A DNA stretch of 64,000 nt from an uncultured Gemmataceae bacterium (GTDB taxonomy: Bacteria > Planctomycetota > Planctomycetia > Gemmatales > Gemmataceae). The DNA lies in NCBI GenBank assembly GCA_963750165.1, contig CAVVPN010000011.1:1760001-1824000 (forward strand), given 5' to 3'. Shown in pieces: positions 57,401 to 64,000 of this stretch (the first letter of the stretch is position 1; the number at the start of each line of letters is the position of its first letter). The notes under the pieces were generated by a model. The model had not been told where the DNA came from and did no database searches. It was given only the letters and a program-made list of their open reading frames with translations. Made by a program: the position numbers and the translations under genes.

Positions 57401-57596
57401 CGAACGCTGGTGCTGCAGGAACTGGTCAAGAAAGGTGTACTCACCTACAAGGGCTTCATGCTGCCGAGCTACGCTCACGATGACCGGGCGCTGGCCCAGA
57501 CGCTGCGAGCCTTCGAGCACCGCGCTGGGCGTGCTGGTGGCGGCGGTGCGACAGGACGCCTTCGCCCGCTACCTGGAAATCCCCGCGGTGGCGTGA
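54413..57596 (+). CDS. Fusion of aldo/keto reductase, FeS-type Cys cluster, two Ig-like domains and class III PLP aminotransferase (frameshifts near 56425, 56695, 57520)
   Basis: YRRLGRTNLQVSVVGFG, MKPLAGG, CSRCGGCETSC, CPYGVNIP, two LEN.G...W domains, DVEGRQYVDY, NGSD, GYHGW, LIFDEIITGFR, FGKALSNGMP. Confidence 0.8.
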
Positions 57597-57631
57597 ACTC
57601 AGCTTTTCCGCCGCCGCCGAGTGGCCTCCCG

Positions 57632-58536
57632 TTACTTCTTGCGCCGCGGCTTGCGCGGGGCGGCGGGATGCTCGGGTGACAATTGTTCCAGGTATTTCCG
57701 AATCTGGTCTTTGGACAGGCCCGCCAGGCGCTGCTCCGGCGGCAGGCCCGCCAGGCGCTGTTCCGGCGGCAGGCCCGCCAGGCGCTGCTCCGGCGGCAGC
57801 GTCTGGAGCACTTCCGGCGGCAGCGTCTGGAGCACTTCGGCTTGCTCCTGCGGAGTCAACTTCTGGAAGTGCTCCTTGACGTACTGCCGGTTGAAGTCTT
57901 CCATCGTGTACGACACGGCAACGCCCTCCCCTTGAAACCTCTCGAAAAGCTGATTGAGTAACCGACTCGTCTGCATCGAGCGCCGCCGGTAGGCGCCGGC
58001 GGCGAAGCCCACCAGTTCCGGCGCGGCGCTGAACAGGTGCAACGGGGCATTGTGTGTCTCGCGCGGCAACTCGCCCGCCACCAGCACGCGGATCGTGTCC
58101 GTGCCCCAGCGGCAATCATACCCCCCGCCTGGACCCGCTGCCAGGGTACTTGTTGCGCCAGGTTGTGGGGGAAGCGGGCGACCACCGCGTACAAACCGAA
58201 CTGATCCTCGGGCAGCAGGTCCGACGGTGAGGGGCTGACGAACTTGCGGTAGGCCACGTGGGCGCCGACCAGTTCCTTGATGGCCCAGGCGGTCAGCGTC
58301 TCGTGGTGCGACTTGAAGGTCAGCAGGTTGTGCGGCCGCAGCCCGTCCAGGCCGTCAGGCAGGCGGCCGGCGAAGCGCCCCCGGCCCCGACGCATGATCA
58401 GCACGTCGAGCAACTGCTGCTGCACCGACAGGTCGCGCTCGACCTCGACCACGAAGGGCGAGCCCGTGAAGAAGTCGGTCAGCAACAACCCGAACAACCG
58501 GTGCCAGTCGCGCAGCGCCTCCCTCGCAACGGTCAT
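57632..58536 (-). CDS. Rpn-like / PD-(D/E)XK-like hypothetical protein, paralog of 53417-54286 (frameshift near 58120)
   Basis: WHRLFG..DLSVQQQLLDVLI..LPDGL..HNLLTFKS..HNAPLHLFS; tail (PEVLQTLP)2(PEQRLAGLP)3. Confidence 0.65.
57715..57838 (-). repeat. 27-bp x3 and 24-bp x2 coding tandem repeats
   Basis: CAGGCCCGCCAGGCGCTG(C/T)TCCGGCGG x3, then CAGCGTCTGGAGCACTTC x2. Confidence 0.85.
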
Positions 58537-58609
58537 CCGGCGCCCTCCTGGCGCAGTAGCCCTTCGGGCTCGATCCGCGAGTCGTCTCCGCTCGCCGGTT
58601 GCGGAAGCA

Positions 58610-58963
58610 TCAGCCCTGCTTCTTGGCGTACGCCTGGCGCGGCGGCGAAATGCGGCCAAGCGAAGCGCCGCTCTTCTTGGCGTAGCGCTCCTTGCTGCCG
58701 TCGTCGAGGTAGCGGACGCCGACGCGCGTCGGCGCGTTGGTCTGCGGGTCGATGAGCATGACGTTAGCCACATCGACCGGCATTTCCTTCGACAGCCGGC
58801 CACCCTGCTGATTGCGGCGATTCGGCTTCATGTGCTTGTAGACACGGTTGATGCCCTCGACGGTCACCTTGCCCGTCTTGGGGTCGGCCTTGAGCACGCG
58901 GCCGCGCTTGCCCTTGTCGTCGCCGGTCATCACCTGCACGATGTCGCCTTTATGGATGTGCAT
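58610..58963 (-). CDS. rplX: 50S ribosomal protein L24 (uL24)
   Basis: KGDIVQVMTGDDKGKRGRVL (KOW motif), VEGIN, EMPVDVANV, TRVG. Confidence 0.93.
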   Translation of the reverse strand: MHIHKGDIVQVMTGDDKGKRGRVLKADPKTGKVTVEGINRVYKHMKPNRRNQQGGRLSKEMPVDVANVMLIDPQTNAPTRVGVRYLDDGSKERYAKKSGASLGRISPPRQAYAKKQG

Positions 58964-59194
58964 GGCACCGTTCTCCTGCGCTCTGCCAAAAGCGTTTATC
59001 ATAGCGACCGCCCGCCGCCCGGCAAGGGCGCTTCGTGTGACGCAGGTCCATTCCCTGGGCGCGCCAACTGGTATAATGAAGATGGTGCCAGGGAGGGCTT
59101 GGCTCTCATATCATCTCACAGACACCCCTGTCAGCCCCAGGGGTCGCGCAGACTCCCCACTCAAAACAAGCAGCGAACAGCCCCGGTGGAATAC

Positions 59195-60674
59195 TCACGC
59201 CAGGATCGGCCGCAGCACGTTGCCGGCCACGTCCGTCAGCCGGAACTGCCGCCCGTTGTACCGATACGTCAGCCGCCGGTGGTCGATGCCGAGCAGGTGC
59301 AGGACGGTCGCGTGCAGGTCATGCACCGTCACGCGGTCCACCGCTGCCCGGTGGCCGACCGCATCGGTTTCGCCGTAATGCACGCCGCCGCGCACGCCGC
59401 CACCAGCGAACCAGGTCGTGAAGGCGTGCGGGTTGTGGTCGCGGCCGGTCTGGTTGCCGTTGCGCGACCGCTGTACCACCGGCAGCCGGCCGAACTCGCC
59501 GCCCCAGATCACCAGCGTCGATTCCAGCAGGCCGCGCTGTTTCAGGTCCGTCAGCAGTGCCGCGATGGGCTGATCGGTCTCGCCGGCGAACTGACGGTGG
59601 TTGGCGGCGATGTTGGTGTGGCCGTCCCAGCTGCGTTCGTTCTCCTCGCCACCGCTGTAAATCTGCACGAAGCGGACGCCGCGCTCCACCAACCGCCGCG
59701 CTAACAGGCACTGCCGCGCGAAGTGGCGCAGCGCGGGTTGTCCAGGCCGTACAGGCGGTGCAGCGTCGCCGGCTCGCGCGTCACGTCGAGCGCCTCCGGG
59801 GCGGCGATCTGCATACGATAAGCCAGTTCAAAGCTCTCGATGCGCGCGGCCAATTCGGCGTCACCGGGCCGCTCCTGTTGGTGCCCACGGTTGAGGCGCT
59901 GCATCAGGTCGATCTGCCGCCGCTGCTGGGCGTCGGTCATGTGGCCGGCGCGGTTCAGGTTGTTGATCGGCGCCCGCGCGGGTTCAGGGCCGTGCCCTGG
60001 TAGATGCCCGGCAGGAAGCCCGCCCCCCAGTTCTGGGCGTAGTTCTTGGGCAGGCCGCGGCCGAGCGTGTCGTACATCACGACGAAGCCGGGCAGGTTCT
60101 GGTTCTCGCTGCCCAGGCCGTAGGTCACCCAGCTGCCGACCGACGGAAAGCCCATGCGCGGCAGACCGGAGTTGATCTGGAACAGCGCCGGCGCGTGGTT
60201 GTTCGTTTCGGTGTGGCAGGAATGCACAAACGCGAGGTCATCGACGTGCCGGGCCAGATTTGGGAAGATTTCGGAGACCCAGGTGCCGGACTGGCCGTGC
60301 CGGGTGAAGCGAAAGGGCGACTTCATGAGCGGCCCCACCTGATCGGTGAAGAAGCCGGTGTTGCGGTCGAAACCGGGCAGTTCCTGGCCATCGCGGCGGA
60401 CCAGTTCAGCTTTGTAATCCCAGGTATCGACGTGACTGGGGCCGCCGTTGATGAACAGCCAGATGACGCTTTTGGCGCGGGCGGCGTGGTGGCCGGCGCG
60501 CGGTGCCAGCGGGTGCAGGGCGCGGTCGTCGGTGTCCTGGGCCAGCAAACCTTGCTGGTCGAGCAGCCCCGCCAGCGCCAGCGTGCCGAAGCCGGCGCCG
60601 GTGCGCTGCAGAAAATCGCGCCGCGACGGATAGAGCGGACTGGGTGACACCAGAGCGGACGGTCGTTCGTGCAT
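59195..60674 (-). CDS. DUF1501 family Tat-exported protein (frameshifts near 59720 and 59975)
   Basis: [57 protein letters not shown]. Confidence 0.9.
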
Positions 60675-60729
60675 GGCGGTCACTCGGGAAAGAGGTCGGG
60701 ACAGAGTTTATTCTACTCCGACCCCTGGC

Positions 60730-60810
60730 GGACGCCAGCGCGGGGCCTTTGGTCGGCGCCCGACGCCAGCGCGGGACAGCGCGGGCCCCGCGCTGGCGCT
60801 CGGGCTCGGA
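60730..60810. repeat. REP-like cluster (CGCCAGCGCGGG / CCCGCGCTGGCG)
   Basis: Two direct units and one inverted unit; related to 44692. Confidence 0.6.
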
Positions 60811-60889
60811 CCAACCACGAAAATGCTACCGGCCCACCCGCGCCGAAGCACGGATGAGCCGGTAGGTCTCGGGAGTTTGGGGATCATCG

Positions 60890-61189
60890 TCAGGCGTCTT
60901 TTTTGTCGCCCTTGTCGGCGCCGCCCTTGTCAGCGCCACCTTTGTCGGCGCCGCCCTTGTCGTTACCGTCCTTTTTCTCCTCGGGCGGCGCGCCGCCGCC
61001 GTCGCTTTTGGGGATCGGCTTCGACGCTTCGCGGCTGACCGGGGGCGGCGGCGGCCCCTCGTATTCCCGGTAGTCCAGGAACAACAGCACGCAGCCGCCA
61101 ATCAGCGCCAGCAGTGAGATGGCCAGCATGCCCGTGTAGGCGTCGTTGAGCGGTTTGGAAACGTGACTCGTCTTGTCCGCGTCGGCCAT
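60890..61189 (-). CDS. Small single-TM hypothetical protein with (DKGGA) repeats
   Basis: DAYTGMLAISLLALIGGCVLLFLDY; 15-bp repeats at about 60909-60960. Confidence 0.7.
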   Translation of the reverse strand: MADADKTSHVSKPLNDAYTGMLAISLLALIGGCVLLFLDYREYEGPPPPPVSREASKPIPKSDGGGAPPEEKKDGNDKGGADKGGADKGGADKGDKKDA

Positions 61190-61224
61190 GGCTCTCTTCC
61201 CTTTCCTGATTTGGGCGGCCGCGG

Positions 61225-62121
61225 TCACGGCAGAATCTTGGTGGCGACATGATCGCCCGGCCGCGGCGCGTCGGCGTTCATCAGGCCGACGGGCCGTATG
61301 ATCCGGCCGACCGCCGCGTGCGCATACACCGCCGTCAGGCGCAGCCGGCCCAGGTACTCCGGTTGCGGCGACAACCGATACACCTCCAGTGTGTTGTTCT
61401 GCTCCAGACCGGCGTCGCTGCCCAGCGTGATCTGCACCAGGGTGGGATCCTGCTTGTCCACGCGGTCAATCAGCCCCTTGACGTTCACTCGCGGCGGGTT
61501 CTCGTAGTTGCGGTCGCGCACCGGCGTCGCGAGCCTGGCCACGTTGTCGCCGCCCGCGAGCTTGATCTCCAGTTCGTAAACCTTCTTGGTCAACTGCGTG
61601 ACCTGCGACAGCAGGGTCAGGGCGCGTTCGGTGGCCTTCTTGGCGTTGCTGTCGCTCTCGATGGCCCGGTTCGCCGACTGTGCAGCCGTCTTCTGCAACT
61701 CGGCGATCTCGTCCTGCCGCTTCTTGAGGTTGTCGTTCAGCACCCGGATTTCCATGCCGAGCCGCTCGGCCTCCTTGGTGGACATTTCGGAGTTGACGAC
61801 AGCCTTCTCGGCGACTTCCTTTTGCTGCTTGTAAGCATCTTCCTTTTTCTGCAGCACCAGGTGCAGCTTGCTTTGTTCGAGCCGGTTCTGGATGACAAAT
61901 GCGTCCAGTTCCTCCTTGTAGCGCTTCATCTGCGCGACCAGATCCTGCTTGGTCTTGGCGTCAGCTTCGGTATTGTAGCGCATGACCTTCAATTCTTCAT
62001 CTCGATCTTCATACGCCTTGTGCCATTGTTCGCGCTTCGCGAAGTCCACGACCAGGAAGGCCCCGGTCGCGACCGCGAACAGCAGGTTCACAATGACCAA
62101 CAACTTGCCCAACGTGTTCAT
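61225..62121 (-). CDS. N-terminal TM, coiled-coil protein with C-terminal beta domain
   Basis: MNTLGKLLVIVNL TM; coiled coil; ITLGSDAGL..LEVYR. Confidence 0.7.
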   Translation of the reverse strand: MNTLGKLLVIVNLLFAVATGAFLVVDFAKREQWHKAYEDRDEELKVMRYNTEADAKTKQDLVAQMKRYKEELDAFVIQNRLEQSKLHLVLQKKEDAYKQQKEVAEKAVVNSEMSTKEAERLGMEIRVLNDNLKKRQDEIAELQKTAAQSANRAIESDSNAKKATERALTLLSQVTQLTKKVYELEIKLAGGDNVARLATPVRDRNYENPPRVNVKGLIDRVDKQDPTLVQITLGSDAGLEQNNTLEVYRLSPQPEYLGRLRLTAVYAHAAVGRIIRPVGLMNADAPRPGDHVATKILP

Positions 62122-62243
62122 GATCGCCCCCTCGTCCAGGTCCCCCACCAGCCATTCACATGCGTGGGCGGCATGCGCTCCCCGGCTGGCGCTCCCCGGA
62201 ACGTGCGAACTGCTCGATCTCTCCCGAGACATTGAGGGTCGGG

Positions 62244-62272
62244 AGTATGCCAACCACCCCACGCCCTGTCAA
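62244..62272 (-). promoter_or_regulatory. Sigma70-type promoter
   Basis: TTGACA-17 bp-CATACT upstream of the gene at 62121. Confidence 0.55.
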
Positions 62273-62311
62273 CCGCAATTCCTCGCCACGCACAATCTGC
62301 TCTTCTGCCGA

Positions 62312-63184
62312 TCAGGGCGCCGCGGCGAGGTTCTTCACGCCCAGTTCCTGTAACCGCTTGATCAGCCCGCGCCGCCGCTCCAGCAACAGCTGGGCGTTCA
62401 CCAGCTCGCGCACCCACAACGGCTGCACGTAATCGATCTCGCTCTTGAGCCGCTTCTGGGCGACCAACTCCATCTCCAGCAGATCATAATAGCCCGGCGT
62501 CTCAAGTTTGCCCATCTCGTCGCGCTTGCCGGTCACGCGCACCGTCAACTTCTTTTCCTTCTTGATCCAGTCATCGATCTCCTTGGACTTGGCCAGAATT
62601 TTCTCCATGACCTTCGCCAGATCCTCGTTGTAGACGGCGAAGGACTTGTTCACGTCCGGCAGCGGCTCCTGGAACATCGGTTTACCGATGCGCCTGCTCG
62701 TGTCGATCACGTCCTTGCCGTCCTTGTCCTTCTCCGGCTGGCCGTTCGTCTTGAGCACCGTCATGCCCGCCGGGCTCAGCGCGGGCCTGCCCGTGGCGTC
62801 GTCCAGCTTCAGGTCCTGCACGGCCACCGGATCCTTCGCGTTCTCCAGTTCTTCCATCTTGCGGACGTACTCCAGGTGGTTCCTGGCGAAGACCAGCTGA
62901 ATGCTATCGCGGTTGCGCTGGGCACGCTCCAGGTGGTACTCGGCGCGCGGCTGCGCGTCGATGGCCTGCTGCAGCGCCAGTATGCGCTTCTGCAACTCCG
63001 AGGGGATGGCCTCATTGGGCAGGCCCTTGTCGTCCTTCTTGTCCTTGGACGGCTCAACATACGCCTTGGTGGGCGTCTTCTTGCCCCAGTCCACGGGGTC
63101 GAGGTAGAGCGCCAGCGCCCAGGTCAGCATCACCACGCTGAGCATCAGGTTGACCAGCACCAGAAATTTGCCGATGAGGTTCAT
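62312..63184 (-). CDS. N-terminal TM, coiled-coil hypothetical protein
   Basis: MNLIGKFLVLVNL TM similar to the neighbouring gene; ATGA overlap with the upstream gene. Confidence 0.7.
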   Translation of the reverse strand: MNLIGKFLVLVNLMLSVVMLTWALALYLDPVDWGKKTPTKAYVEPSKDKKDDKGLPNEAIPSELQKRILALQQAIDAQPRAEYHLERAQRNRDSIQLVFARNHLEYVRKMEELENAKDPVAVQDLKLDDATGRPALSPAGMTVLKTNGQPEKDKDGKDVIDTSRRIGKPMFQEPLPDVNKSFAVYNEDLAKVMEKILAKSKEIDDWIKKEKKLTVRVTGKRDEMGKLETPGYYDLLEMELVAQKRLKSEIDYVQPLWVRELVNAQLLLERRRGLIKRLQELGVKNLAAAP

Positions 63185-64000
63185 GGCTGCCTGGCCCCCT
63201 TCGCCTTGAGGTAGTTCCGCTCCAGCACGCGAATGCGCCGCTCCATTGCCTGGTTCTGTTGATCGACGAACGCCAGCTCCAGCTGCGCCCGGAACAGCTG
63301 CTCCTGCAATCGTTGCAAATCCTCCGTCAACCGCCGCGTCTCGGCGCGGGCGGCGACCACCTTGGCGAACAGCGCCGCGGAGTAAACGACGCGCTCGCCG
63401 TAGTGTTTGGCTCGCAGCTTCTCCTGGGCGACGATCTCCTGCAACCGCAGGTTGCGATCCTTGATGATCTCGTTGATGTCGCGGATGTTCCGCACCGCGT
63501 CCAGGTAGCGGCCCACGAAGCCGTGCGCGCGGATCGACCAGCCGGGCCAGTTCACGGTCGAACAGCGCCTGCCGCGGCCCGGGGTTGACGCCAACATCGC
63601 CCAGCGCGGCGTTGAAGTCCTTCAAAAACTCCTCGATGTCCTGCGGTGTGCGGCACTTGTCGCTGACATATTTCTTGACGCGCTTGACCAGGGCGTCCCT
63701 GTCCGCCGGCATCAGTTTCATCTCTTCCAGCAGCCCAATCAGGCTCTTGACGAACGGCTCGTAGGCCGGGTACATGAGCCGATACACTTCGCCCTCAAGC
63801 TTGTCCGCCGGGCCGATGTCCACGTTCGCATCAACCAGCACCTTCTTGAGTTCCTGCAGGAAGGCCACGTCGTCGGCCGCCGGCTTGTCCTCCTGGTCGA
63901 AGAAGAATTTGCGCACCGCCTTTTCCACGTCCTTGCTCGGCTCCTCGCCCTTCTGGCGGCGCAGCAGCGACAGCACGTCGCCACTATGGACCTCGTAGCG
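63181..64000 (-). CDS. Coiled-coil hypothetical protein (5'-partial; frameshift near 63540)
   Basis: Coding-like frame from the window end switches into ORF 63181-63597. Confidence 0.6.

Noticed and set aside
53500..57838. CRISPR-like arrays at the 27-bp repeats
   Set aside because: The repeats are contiguous, in frame and lack unique spacers; no cas genes are present.
53417..58536. Composite transposon formed by the two flanking paralogs
   Set aside because: The copies are clearly diverged, and no terminal inverted repeats, target duplication or DDE motif were seen.

Overview
High-GC bacterial DNA, most likely a planctomycete and probably Gemmataceae-like (inferred from DUF1501, the H4MPT-linked formyltransferase, Ser/Thr kinase-WD40 proteins, GYF_2 proteins with Arg/Asp-rich linkers and a TIGR02996-like fragment). 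About 20 isolated frameshifts fall in otherwise intact genes (cox, act, lon, uvrA), which points to sequencing or assembly indels rather than pseudogenes. The window holds a REC/degenerate-GGDEF protein, a flavoprotein-radical SAM-metallophosphoesterase operon, ftr, tRNA-Ala and tRNA-Glu (the latter next to a decayed integrase), a complete alternative complex III plus A2-type caa3 oxidase operon preceded by csrA, hsp20-lon, uvrA, surE, stand-alone rplU and rplX, an STK/FHA/ECF sigma operon, three GYF_2 proteins, an SDR-asnB-ABC exporter operon, and many palindromic or heptamer repeat families. The best novelty candidates are: (1) two paralogous Rpn-like genes, each with an internal ribosome-binding site and in-frame start before a variable repeat tail (possible gene-within-gene toxin-antitoxin); (2) the unusual AKR/FeS/Ig-like/aminotransferase fusion that those two genes flank; (3) a Cys-rich, possibly metalloid-related radical SAM operon; (4) palindromes inserted in frame in uvrA. 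All calls come from motif reading only; no searches were run.
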